A stretch of DNA of 64,000 nt from Laetmonice hystrix (lineage: Eukaryota): NCBI GenBank assembly GCA_965235115.1, contig OZ249451.1, positions 11,346,001-11,410,000 on the forward strand, in the 5' to 3' direction. Both the position numbers and the translations under genes were made by a program. Position 1 is the stretch's first letter. Each line of letters opens with the position of its first letter. Positions 37,260 through 60,854 of the stretch are shown here, in pieces. The notes under the pieces were generated by a model. The model saw only the letters and a list, made by a program, of their open reading frames with translations, searched no databases and was not told the DNA's origin.

Positions 37260-40200
37260 ATGCTACTGCTACTCCAAAATCGACATGGATTACGACTTAT
37301 TTCGATTATATTATTAACGAATTTCTTCCACGGAGGTAAGTCTGTCAAAATAACAATTTATTTCACCACTTTACCCACATTTCTCAATTCTTGCTATATA
37401 GTGGTTAGAAAATATCAACTCATAACATACTCCGCCTAATTATCTTCATAACATTTACGTTTCTAAATTCAGCTCGAAATGTTGAATACTTTGCACAGGC
37501 AGGAGTCATGAAACACGATAATGTCTTAAAGGATTAATTATATGAGTCGTTTTACCGTGCAAGTATAACCTATAGACCGCATGGAAGCCGTTAGTGAGAA
37601 CGGGAGGGCGGGGGTCAATTATAAATAGACACGACTAAATACGAGTCTACAAAAGAAATGGGCCTTGGTTCGACAAGAAGGGAGGGATATTGTAATAGCA
37701 AAATCTAAGATTTTTAGTGAGCCTATAATATTTCCAAATGTATATTTTCATATTTTGATTTAAAAACTGACATTTTATCGAGACCTTTAAGAAGGCCATA
37801 GACTCTAAATAGATTTTCTCCGGCCTCCCAGATAGGCACCGATTGCAAATTAATACACTGGATTAAATCACATGTCACGTTGTTAAAATGCACGTGGTGT
37901 GCGTGTCGTGCATGTGCAGGTTACCTGGCAAACACACAGTAATTGTGTCATAAATCATTTATAAAATAGGTCATGTCCCTCCATGGATTCTGTGAACCGT
38001 TAAATTGTCTCTCATCGTTTCATTCACCCACGAAACGAGATCATATGCACTGAAGAAAATTATTTTAGCAATCCTAAGTTCTCAAAAGGCCCCCACCCCT
38101 CCCCCACGTGCGCTCTCCACTGGGTAAGGTGTCTCGCTTTTCCCCTTTTTATGTGTAGATATTTTAATTACAAATGTAGGTCAAATGGTTACTATGATAT
38201 CATAGAGATGCACGTTTGTGAAGAATGATTTTACTTGACATTTTTGTTTTTCTCTACAGCATCGTCGGATCCTTGCCGGAACGTCAACACTACGAACTAT
38301 CAGGCCCTCGGGTCATCCTGCTTCTACTCGCCACCAAGCGCCCTCTCGTGGCAACTGTCGGAACGAGAATGTCGGTCACAGCAGGGCCACCTAGCGGTAG
38401 TAAACTCGACCAAGACGCTGAAGGTCGTATCCGATCTGATGGACTCGATGACAGTCGGGGATGTATGGATCGGTCTGTCTGAAGTGATCCTTGGCTGGAC
38501 ATGGACCGGTGGACGAGCTCTGCAAGGTAAGCTACTAACCTGGCATCCTCTCGAAAAGTAGGGATAGGAAACAGATCTAGGCCAAGGAATTTATGTTGCA
38601 TGCCCAATTAGTAGGCCTAAGTGAAAGGTCTTCGAAACGGCCTGGCAGCATCCAGTATGTAAGTTGACGTCAAACTTTAGGTAATGTATGCCTCTGATTG
38701 TGTCTGTCGTACAGGCTCGGTGAAGGTCTACCCGTGGGAGAACGCGCGTGAAGTCAGTACAGACGCCGACCGCCAGGGGAACTGTGTGTCGATAGAGGGC
38801 GCCAATGGCTTCAAGTGGAAGACTAACGGCTGCGCCCAAACGAAAGGCTTTATTTGTCAGTTCGGTAAGTGGTCCAAGGGCATTCAGTGTCATATGGGGC
38901 AACGAGCATGCCCTGTACGGTGGCTGTTGGCCCAAAAGGGGCACTACTCTCCTTTGGCAGGCTGGAAATACCAAGATCTCGCCATTGCTGTCAAATTAGT
39001 GTGACCCTTTTTCCCGCTAGAGGCCACACATCCCTCGAAAAAGGGCTCTTTGGGGGTCAATGTCCTTGATGCTATGAACACATCCAACTTGCTAAAAATA
39101 ACGTAAAATCCCAACGCTCTTGTAATTCCGTTTTCCCCCGATGCTACAACCAATGTATCGAAAAAATTGATGAAGTAACGAGTTCTCTTTTATCGCCTAT
39201 GATTCAGCGTTTAGTTCAGCTTTCTCATAGACATACAAGTCAAAATCTTGATTTTGCTGCTGTGCCAACCCATCTGCAGATGCCAATGTCTTAAAGTGGA
39301 TACTAATTGTTGTTTGTGTGCCTATGTAGGTTTGAATCACCCCAACTGTTCGTCGAGGCAGCACACCGTGTCGTCCAGTACCACGTGTTTCCTGTTTACA
39401 ACCGGAAGTCACTCCTGGTTCCGGTCTCGGAGTAAATGTGAACTTCTCGGCGGAAGTCTGGCTGAACCCGAGAGTCCATCCGACCAAAGTCTGGTAGCCA
39501 CGGAGGCGCAATCCTTGCAGGGTCATGAGAGTATGAGCTTCTGGTTGGGATTGCGTATATCTGAATGGCAATGGGTCACAGGTAAGCAGGATGTCCTTCT
39601 CACTTCGAAATGGCTTCCATCACTAGATTTTCTCTGGGTTTTAATTGTTTAAAATATTTATCTTGTCTTTTTTTATTTATTCCCGTTATAAAACTTAATG
39701 CGCGATTTTTTCTGTCGTTCAAGTGGTTACGTGTAGGATGTAGATCTAACTGGAAATTTTAAATCAACATTAACAGTTATCATCTCCCCCTCTCTCTCTC
39801 CGTATCGCAGGCCTGGAAGCCAAGACAACATTTTGGGAGCACACCCAGCCATCCCGGACTGGTTCCTGTGTCCACGTTCATACTTTTGTGTTCAACTCGC
39901 TCCATCTGTGGCAATCCTCGACCTGCTCCAAGAGACTCCGTTTCGTCTGCCAGAGAGGTAGGTTGACACATTATCCCGACGTTGACAACCATGTAATCGG
40001 TCAACATGTTATCGTAGTGGATCAGTTCCGGTGGATTATTAAATTTTGTTTTGACCTTTCCTACAGAGGACCCAGAATACAATAACGCAATGAGGCCGTC
40101 CGTTCAGAATGGCAGAGAAAACCGTCTAAGAGGTAAGTCTGAAAGGCAGACACGGCTTCCAAAATTCCTATGCATTTGGGTCCTCGGATATATGCAGGGA

Positions 40201-42562
40201 AGGTATGAAGGAGCGTTTACCGCTATCTTCCCCTGTGAGGGGCACAGTTAAAAAGGTCGAATAGGTGAAACTTTTGAGCGACCCCCGATAACAAAAAGAG
40301 GAGCATATTCAATCATATATATTATGTTTGATATTGATAAATATTTATTCATTCTGCACCAAGATGCTCCAACTATAACCCATGTTTCCTGTCTTTTTGT
40401 TGTGTGATCCAAGATATATGTTTGTTTCCTCCTTTCAGATGGACTGGTAGCTCTTCTGATTGTCTTGCTTGCTGTCCTCGGCATCATTCTACTCTTCATG
40501 TTTGTCTATCACAGACGTGGCAAGTACGTACCTTATTCATCCGGAACTACATCATTTTGAAGCTTCCATAACAGTAGAGCCTTGGGTGTTTCTCTTGGGC
40601 CCTCTTGGGTGTTTCTATTGGGACTTTCAAACAGTTGAAGCACTGTCCCTTTCCTTTGTTACCGTATTGGTCTGCTAATGGCAGACAAGCTGCCAAGAAG
40701 TATTCAATCCATAGCACTTCCACTTATACAACCTGGATATAGGCCCCGTCGCTAACTTTATTTTAATTGATAAAGGCAATAGAATGTCCGTTGTTAATAG
40801 TCGGTATTGTATAGCCGTATACGTATTGGCTTTCAGGGCCCTCCGTCGTGATGCCCGGGAGCAGGCGAGGTTGTCCCATCGGTCGGACCGGACCAGCCGG
40901 TCGCAGAAGGCGGTCACAAAGACAGACTACGCCATCTTCACTTGTGACACGTCAGCGTTCGGTGATATCTCAAGGAAGAAACCCTCCGCACCTCCTCGCC
41001 CCGCTCCTCCGCTAGGGTTGGGGTCGCACTCTCCCAGCGGACGCCTCCCTCCTATTACTCTCAACGGTAGCATCCTGGAGCAGAAACCCGACGGAAACGG
41101 AAACGATCGTCTCCCCAACGGAAACGGAAAGGTCCCCGGTACCCCTGTTGCTGGAAGACGTCCCTTAGGAAGCGGTCGTGGGAAAGCGCCTAAGTTGAAC
41201 TTCGAAAACTCAGCCAGCGAAAAAAAGGGACGCGCTTCGAAATACACGGCGGAATTTGAAACAGAAAACGACGACGACCCAAGAAATACAAACTGGAGCG
41301 AAGCCGAAAATAACAACAATGATGAGGTCTTCTTCCATAACATTAACGAGCACGAGCATCCAGTACGTGGCCACAAGGACAGTGAAGTCCCTGGGCCCCG
41401 GGTCGAGTCAAACCACAGCCCCGTTCACAGCAAGAGAAAACTGCCACCCATGGCGTTCTACAAAACAGACGCCGACTCACACCAGCGTCTGAAACCAGTG
41501 ACGTCTGATAGCCTCGTGATGGAGTCATTCAAGGCAGACGACGCTGACAGCCAGGACTTTGATGCAGACTCTTACGAGGCTCTCATTGGGCGAACTCCTC
41601 GACAGCTTCAAGGATATGCAGCGACAGAAGGAACCAGCCAGGAGAAGGAAGACGAAGACCCGAACAGAAGTAAATATATCGAGGACGTCGCCAAGGCGTT
41701 TGATTTCCTCGTGTCAGGAGAAGGGCAGGACGTCCTGACCACGCCAAAAGACAAACCCGAACAAGGAGAGAGGAAACTTTTAAAACGAAGAGAGAACATT
41801 GCAGAACCTCACGATACAGAAATTAAAACACATTCAAAAATCCCCAGACCTTTAGCGACAGCGTCTGACACGCCTAAACCATATCGTCGATTGCCAGGAG
41901 AAGGGGAACGCCTGGGGAGCACGTCGAGACGCAGCAAACACGAAAATGGCGGTCAGGTGAATGAGGCCTTCACGGCAGATGAAACACTAAAACGGAAATC
42001 TTCTGTCCCGACGAAACGGTCGAGTAGAACGGATTCTAACGAGACAGAACAACGTAAAAGGGAGAATGGTTCAGAAAAAGGAAAGGTATGGACTGTAGAG
42101 TTGGACGAAAACGACAATGGTCTTACCCGTGTTGGCTCACCTGTAGCTCTTGGACAATTGTCACCTCTGACAAACAAACGTGACGTAACAAAACGTAAAG
42201 GTCGTCACGATAAGAAAACCCCGTTACGTCACAGAGACGGACGCTTGGTCACAGAGGAGGAAAAGAAAGCCAGGAAACAGCGCCACCTACGGAGGCGGGA
42301 GAGAGAACACAGACGGAAGGACAAGGAGAGCAAGCTCAAGGTCACGGCAACCCAGATAGAGGTCATGGAGAGACCGTCTGAGGAGGACGTTTCGACAGAC
42401 GGTCACCTTGCCGACTCGTTTGACTCCGAGGACGACTTTGATGACATTGAAATCGGTACATTAAAGATGAACCCTCCCCAAAAGACTAGGACAGACCAAG
42501 GTAGTGCGCATGCTCACTATGACATAGAGACGTTTGGTTCTGGGGAAACAATGGAAGTATGA
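37260..42562 (+). CDS. Type-I membrane receptor with two C-type lectin-like domains and a ~575-aa disordered tail (CTL-B; 8 exons, ~922 aa)
   Basis: Exons 37260-37335, 38260-38526, 38715-38864, 39330-39581, 39811-39957, 40067-40132, 40439-40523, 40837-42562 (2769 nt). CTLD motifs SCFY..SWQLSERECRSQQGHLA, VWIGLSE, FICQF; SWFRSRSKCELLGGSLA, FWLGLR, WQSSTC..RFVC. TM GLVALLIVLLAVLGIILLFMFVY then HRRGK; last exon matches ORF 40784-42562. Confidence 0.87.
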
Positions 42563-42709
42563 ACTTTTCTGTAGATATTTTTACGACCGATCTCGTCATA
42601 AATCTGTACATAATGTGTTCACAACGTTCTGCTTAAAATGTTGCCTGTAGGTTCAGCTACTCTATAACATCCTTAGAATAATTACAATCATGAGAAGCGG
42701 GCCACCAAC

Positions 42710-42838
42710 CGCTGTGAGTGAAATCATCAGAAACAGTGCAACCATTGTGAGTGAAATCATTACATCAGAAACAGTCCAACCACTGTGCGTGAAATAATTA
42801 CAGCAGAAACGGTCAAACTATTGTGAGTGAAATAATGC
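42710..42838. repeat. ~36-bp degenerate repeat downstream of the CTL-B stop codon
   Basis: TGTGAGTGAAAT(C/A)AT...CAGAAAC(A/G)GT recurring ~4 times. Confidence 0.65.
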
Positions 42839-43565
42839 CGTTTTCTGTGATCATGGAACCCTGTTACTGAAAGAGTACTCTCTGTATATACGCCGTGTAC
42901 ATAGTACATTTGTATATAATTGTACATAACCGCCAGTGGTGCCTTTCTTTGTCTGATATTTGCTGCCAAAGGCATAGTTAACGATTGTACAGTTTGAATG
43001 TTTTATTTTTGAACTTTGATGGATAAATCAAGGATGAACCGTCGTTGCAGTATTTCCTGTATCAATACAGGTATTTAGTCTCATGTTTTTTTAATGTCAT
43101 TTTATAAATCAAATATTGTCAGACTGATCTTTTATGTCCTTATATCCATCAAATTTTGTCAGGCAAATAAAGCCGTTTGCCCCATATACAGGTTATTTAC
43201 TGTTCTCCTATATACAGGCGTCTTTACTGTTTCCCTACTATACAGTCGTCTTTAAACTTACTGTTACCCTATATTTTGATTAGAAGTCTTTAATCTAACG
43301 GCGTCTTTACTGCTTTCCTTAACAAGTCTCTTTATGGTTTCTCTATACAGGTATCTTTCAATTTACTGTTACCCTATACAGGCTGTTACCCAGGTGACTA
43401 GTAGGGATTTATGTCATTGCTACATTATGACCTAGTTTCAATATAGGTCAACGGTTATTTGCGCTGACCCGTGTCAACCATGCGTCAATCAGGGAGAACT
43501 CTTTATTACAGCGGGGATGTTTCATGTGATGGGACCGAGGCTGATTACCTTCCTGTTCACCAACA

Positions 43566-43998
43566 TACATAAATGTCTCACCTGCCGGCGGGTAGCTTGT
43601 CAATTATTTTACGGAGGAAGGTATTCCTCTGGATGTTCAGAAAACTGAAAATAACGCTCCCACCCCATTCCAGTCATACACTAATGAATACCTACTGCTC
43701 ACAAAAACAAAATAGAATTCTCTGAGTACACCGCAACACATTTCCTCCTTCCACTGCCATTTCCCATGCACTATTTGACAATTGATAATCATGCAGTGAT
43801 TTCTTTTAGGGAAAATAGGACTATGTATCTCCCGGCTACAAGATTTCTGCACGCATTCGCAGTCATCTTTCTAGTTTGTTTTTTGCAAGAGCAATGGCCA
43901 CCAGTATGAACAGAAAATTATATTAATTTGGGATCAAAACAAAAGTGCAACGAATTCCACTGCCTGTTATGTGTTTGGAGGCCTAAACATTCACAACT
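43566..43998 (+). repeat. Copy 1 of a ~430-bp direct repeat (copy 2 at 46670-47117)
   Basis: Shared blocks ACATAAATGTCTCA, TTTTACGGAGGAAGGTATTCCTCTGG, ATGTTCAGAAAACTGAAAATAACGCTCCCACCC, through TTGGAGGCCTAAACATTCACAACTTC. Confidence 0.9.
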
Positions 43999-44799
43999 TC
44001 CAAAATTTAAACTAGCTACCCACCCACCCCACCCCCCAACATGGCGACCTCCGTCGTACAGCCGAGTTGAAGCGTGTGCCGAGTGTCCAGCACAGTGTTC
44101 AGGACTTCAGAAGCGAACATCTCGGGACAGGATCTGTAAAGTTCTGACAGGACCCACAGCCTGATAGAACTAGTCCGCGAGGAACCTGCCCAATAGGGTG
44201 TGCATTCTGGTAAATATCACAAAAAGAGACAAAAGACTGGCTGCGGGAAAAAGGGTGGCGGATGTGGTCAGTGTTGATCGTGAGCGGAGAGGCCAAGCGA
44301 TCGCAGCAGATCCAAATAGTATACAACAGGCCTAGTACACAGCAGAATATAGCCAGAATAGTTTTGATACCTGCATGGCTATTACACGTAAAAGGCTCAA
44401 TCTGCAGGGTAGATAGGCCACTTTACTGGCATGAATTAAGAAAAAACAAACATTGTCAGATGCACTCATTAGTATTGTCCCCTGACCTAGAGAACTTTCC
44501 CCAATGAAGGCCAATTCCCCCCAGTTAAGATCCCCTGTTTTAGACCATTTTACATTAGGCCTATATCAGCCATATGAGTTCCTAGGTATTTTTTAAATAC
44601 AGATTTGTTTCACTGAATCTCCTCAGAGAATTGATGTCATACATACTACGGTACACATGCTGGAAAATTAATCTTAAAACGGGGTTGCCTAAAAATTATA
44701 CCAATTACATGTACATGCAAGTTCGTAGCTAGGTGGCTTATTAGTGGATAAATGGGCGTGATCTCTCTCTGCCAGTGTACATGTACCTATTGGCCTGAT

Positions 44800-45010
44800 T
44801 TAATAATATGACGCCTTTTTTTTATTGCTGTCGCGGTATGACCTTCGCGAGCAGCTCCTGGAAATGTTTCTCGTCCATTCGAAGGAAATTTGTATACTTC
44901 TTTGGGTCTTCCACCACCAGCTCCTGCAGCAAAGTGTGATGTGCGCCTTGGCGGTCTCTCCGACCAACCAAATCCTTTACCCAATATCTCCGTGTTCTTG
45001 GACTTGGCTG
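44800..45010 (-). mobile_element. Truncated PIF/Harbinger-type transposase fragment
   Basis: Minus ORF segment RRYWVKDLVGRRDRQGAHHTLLQELVVEDPKKYTNFLRMDEKHFQELLAKVIPR resembles the N-terminal F.NFLRM...F..L region of Harbinger/HARBI1-like transposases; ends in a stop, no DDE core follows. Confidence 0.65.
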
Positions 45011-46669
45011 GGACTCATATTTATGTACAATACCAGCCACCAGTCGGGATACTGATGCAATATTTGTCTTGCACTCCATTGCTACCAAGAAGTGACCCGG
45101 AAGGGGTCGACCAGATGCCTTTAGACTCAAGGGACGTGTTGCATCGTTTATATTGGGACGACTTTTGATTGCACCTATATCCGCATCATGGCACCAGCCG
45201 AGCATCGCGTATACTATATAAGCCACAGGGTGCAAGTAAGTGCTATAATTCATGGACAATCGGAAAACTGTGAAAAAGGGGTGGCCTTTTCAAGTAGAAC
45301 GCACGTGTTCTGTGATGTCGTGTCCTCCGCATAAAACCCATAGCGAAGAAGTAATTTTTTCACTGAAATGGTCATTACCACGTCCGGTTCTGCTTCTGTA
45401 TTTGCAATGGTATCAGTAGATGGGAAAGAGGGAAATATCACATATCTACAGTGGCGAGGTATTTACCTCACTTGTGGATATAATAGTATTTCCTGACCTC
45501 CCCAATAGAATTAGAATTCTTAGTAAAATATTCAAGAGATACAATAGCTATTCGCTGAGGGATCTAGGGGGTATAGTGGGCAGGGGGCAGGGGTCCCGGG
45601 CCCCCTGACATGTTCCTTTTTTATGAAGATACATGATACAGTTTTGATATTAGAGAATGTGAATATAATAATAGTATTTCAATAAAATAAAACATAATAT
45701 AAACGTATGGTAATAGCAATTATTGGGGATGTGTTGGTGGGTGCTTGGGTGTGTGGGTGTCTGTGTAGTACAGTCGCAATAAAATCATGCAGAGCGTAGC
45801 GAGGCTAAAAAAAAACGTAATTGGCGGGGCCCCTTATTAAAATCCAGGATCACCCCATGCTATTAAAGTTATCAATCATCGCTCAGATGGTGTGTGGACC
45901 CGACCTCCGATTCTGGAATATGTGTACCCGGTGACCTGAGAGCATCTTCCGCACGAGCCGCCTTTCCATTTGTAAGGATCGGATTGTGCATTCCGGAGCC
46001 GGGACGGCACCGACTGTCTTTTGTGCCAGTGACCTAACTTAGACCCGTGGCACTAAATGGCGCTAAGAAACCCATATTGTGCAGGTTCGCTGCACACTCC
46101 TTTCATGATCCTAAGTTAGGCCCGTGGCTTGCCCCGTGAATATGAAACGCGCCCCGGCACGCGAAATGTTTTTCCCAAACAGGTTTGCCATGACGCTTGG
46201 AGTCAAATTGTTCAAAAAGGGTTAGAGTTAAGGTTAGAGTTAGGGATAGCATTGGTTATTAACTCTTAGGGATTTACGGTTAGTTAGGGATAAGGATAGT
46301 AATATTCCAACACTGTTGAGAGCACCCAGGCTAACTGCCACGTGCGTCCTACTCGGCATTTGATTGGACGAAATGGCAAACGTGTTTGGGGAAAAAAAAT
46401 TTCGCCCCCGGCACAAGTCAGCAGACTGCGAAATAGTCCGGTGGAAGGACTTTCGTTTTCGTAACGCTATGGTGTGGGAGTGAAACGGCCGTGGGGGATT
46501 CTATATCTATATTCTTACCCGTGACGTCACGGCAGTTCGCCGACTTGAGCCGTTCGACAATTGTTGCCCGGTAAAGCATATGATAGACTCTAAAGCATTA
46601 CAATGAATCGGACCACGTGACCCAGAACCGATCAATCAGAGCGCAGGAAACAAAGTAGGCGTGTAATAA

Positions 46670-47117
46670 ACATAAATGTCTCAAGAATTTTACGGAGGAA
46701 GGTATTCCTCTGGGATATAGTCTCATGTTCAGAAAACTGAAAATAACGCTCCCACCCATTTCCGTCATACACTAATGAATACCTACTTCTCACAAAAACA
46801 AAATAGAACTCTCTGAGTACACCGCAACACATTTCCTCCTTTCACTGCCACGGACTCCAATGAATTTCTGATATTTCCCATGCACATTTTGACAATTGAG
46901 AAAATATCAGTCATTTCTTTGAGGTGAAATGGGACTATGTATGATCTCCCGGCCACAAGATTTCTGCACGCATTCGCAGTCATCTTTTTAGTTTGTTTTT
47001 TGCAAGAGCAATGGCCTCCAGAATGAGAAGAAAATTATATTAATTTGGAATCAAAACAAAAGTGCAACGAACTCCACTGCCTGTTATGTATTTGGAGGCC
47101 TAAACATTCACAACTTC
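46670..47117 (+). repeat. Copy 2 of the ~430-bp direct repeat
   Basis: Colinear with 43566-43998 with small indels (e.g. an extra ~11-nt block before ATGTTCAG and an extra CGGACTCCAATGAATTTCTGATAT block). Confidence 0.9.
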
Positions 47118-47429
47118 AGACCGAACTGGAAGGAGTAATTCTCAAATGTTGTCCCACTTCTTGGAAATGTAGGCCTAACTACAAACCTTATAAATAACTA
47201 CTGCTGAAATGTTTGTATTTCTGGGTCTTCTCCCGATTGGTTGCCAGGCATCCATCACGTGTCTCTTTAATATCGGTCACACACGTCTCATATCTCTCCA
47301 GACTACACTCTCAATATACAAGGGTCATGACATATAGCACACCAGCTCGCTGTATGTTTACATACATTGTCATGTATGGACATCCTACACCCAATCTGGT
47401 CCTCAGACGGGCCGAGCCGGGCGTATTTT

Positions 47430-47880
47430 GGTCACGTGAGGATGAGTATCATTGTTTCACGCGACACACCCACGGCAGTTGACCAATCAGAATGCACCGG
47501 AAGTGGCACGCCTTCCCCGGGCGTTTGTTGACACTCCTGGTATGTACCACGTGATCTGCTTCTCTTATCAAGACTCATTCATGAGTCAAACAGTTCGTAC
47601 GTGCTCTCGGTAACACACTTCACCAGACGCTTAGAAATACGTTCATAAACAGGCAACGAACCGCTTTAAGTATTTATAAAGACCAGAAACGAACATAGTC
47701 TTCCAGAGTCGAGCGATATTTCGGAATTTCCCCTGATTCTGGACTGTAAGAAAGGAACGTTCCCGGTAAATTATCAAGCAGACGTGAACGTGGACATAAT
47801 AAGCAGTATCTGTGTGTGCAATCCGTGGCCGGCAAGCACCGCGTCAGACCGTCCGACGTCGGGAAGGTCTATAAACTACA
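47430..47880 (+). promoter_or_regulatory. Probable UPP proximal promoter
   Basis: E-boxes TCACGTGA (~47432) and CCACGTGA (~47549), CCAAT (~47484), ETS ACCGGAAGTG (~47497), TATAAA 47870-47875, ~65 nt before the ATG at 47941. Confidence 0.45.
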
Positions 47881-47940
47881 CACCAGGCCGAGGTCGTGAA
47901 CAGTCAACAACGTCAGCATCTGTTTGATACACAGGACACC

Positions 47941-59107
<11,167 letters not shown>

Positions 59108-60854
59108 AGATCTGACCTCACCGGAACGAAACCATGTACCCTGCTTCTATTCTTGCGCCATATTTCCGTGTTAAATGCGTCTTTTCAATCGGCATTCATT
59201 ATAAAGGACGAAGAAAAAATAGGCCTAGGTTTGGTAGGCCTAATTAGCCTGGTGAAGGCTTAGGCCGTCTACTCCCCGCCCCCCGATCGATGGCATTTCG
59301 TAAACCGGTTTGTTTTGTATCGTAACAAGAGTATGTTCCAGAAAATGGAAAGATAATTCGTTCACAGTTCGACCTACATGTGTATTTAAGAAAACTGTCC
59401 CATAATAAGGCCCTAGGATCCGTAGGTCACCAGTACACGTGTTTCCATACAAAACTTTATCTCCACAGATGTCGTGTACCATTCATAATGTTAGGCCTAG
59501 AACTAGGACTTTTCTCCTGCTCTACGCTGCTGGCAATAAAACGCTGCAGGTGGCTGGCATTGTTCGGTGACAGGGCGTTTAAAGTAGGATGTGTGGGGAC
59601 CAATTAGACATTTGGGAAGGCGAAGTTGATAAAACTATTGAAGTCCAAGTAAAGCCCCATGCTCGCTCTGTATTCGGGTCACTAACGAGATATCATTCAG
59701 CTCCGTAGGCCAGTGGGCCTCCTCTAATGAAGTATAGGCACGTGGGCAAGCAGGACAATCTTATTGGTTACTGCGACTTGAAATGGAGACTACGGCCAAC
59801 AATGTGGGACACCACTATTGATGAAAGGGCACCTTTTGGCTTTAACAATTATACAAGTGTTCTACGTGAGACTCTTCAGGGTTCTGCAAGGAAAAGAGCA
59901 GCATGTGTTGGCCTCTGGCACAACTCAGTCCTCAACTTATAAAGATAGAGGTATACATGTATACATGCATGATATTATCTCTTAGGTTTATCCACGATAG
60001 CATTATTCCTTTAACGTGTATTCACATTCCGATCCATACATTCCCGAGTCTAGGAATCTAATATATTTTTCTTATCTACAAAGACATATTTATATTGTGC
60101 AGAAGATTTTAAATATAGTCTAATTGACATTGACAGAATTCCATATCTGTTATGGACGTCGAAAATTAGTGAGTTAAAAGGATATAAATAACCCAGTCAG
60201 TGATAGCCTTACTATGGCTTTAGAACAAGTCTTGGGACGATATCTTGTCTGTTTATATAATACATGTGTATCAAACATTAAATTTAACAGAACGGGACCG
60301 TGAAAATGTAAAGTAAGCGTAACAAAAACCTATCGTTTTATACACCCATGTATACTACTGTTACAATCTTTACTATGTAAAATAAAGAGTTAAATGTTGT
60401 TCCGTCTTAACTCATTTTTTAACCTAAACAGATATCTAGGACTAAATATCATGTGACCTGACCAAATCGGCAGTAAAAAAGGTTCAGGGCCCTACTCGAT
60501 ATTCTTACAAAAAGAGGGGCTAACTGGGGTCATGTATGGCTTTGTTGTTCTGGTACAAAAGAAAAATTACTAAAAGGTACATTAACCACTAGCATCACAC
60601 GTTGGTAAACCCCTACACTTTATCTTCCCAACATAAAACGGACAAAATAAGATATTGGAAAGAAACACAAAGTTTATTTCAATTGATGGACCTCAGAGCA
60701 TCTTTCTTATGTTATTCAAGTTAACTGTCTTTGCACTTGGACAGTAAGAACACATGTTAACACAATTAAAGCTTGACAATCAACCATTCTGTAGGTCTCC
60801 GACATTCAGGTTCAAACATTCCGCACACATCCATTGTAACGCCCCCTCCCCGCA

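Noticed and set aside
43566-47117. LTR retrotransposon interpretation of the direct repeats
   Set aside because: No TG...CA termini, primer-binding site, polypurine tract or gag/pol remnants; the interior fragment looks like a DNA transposase.
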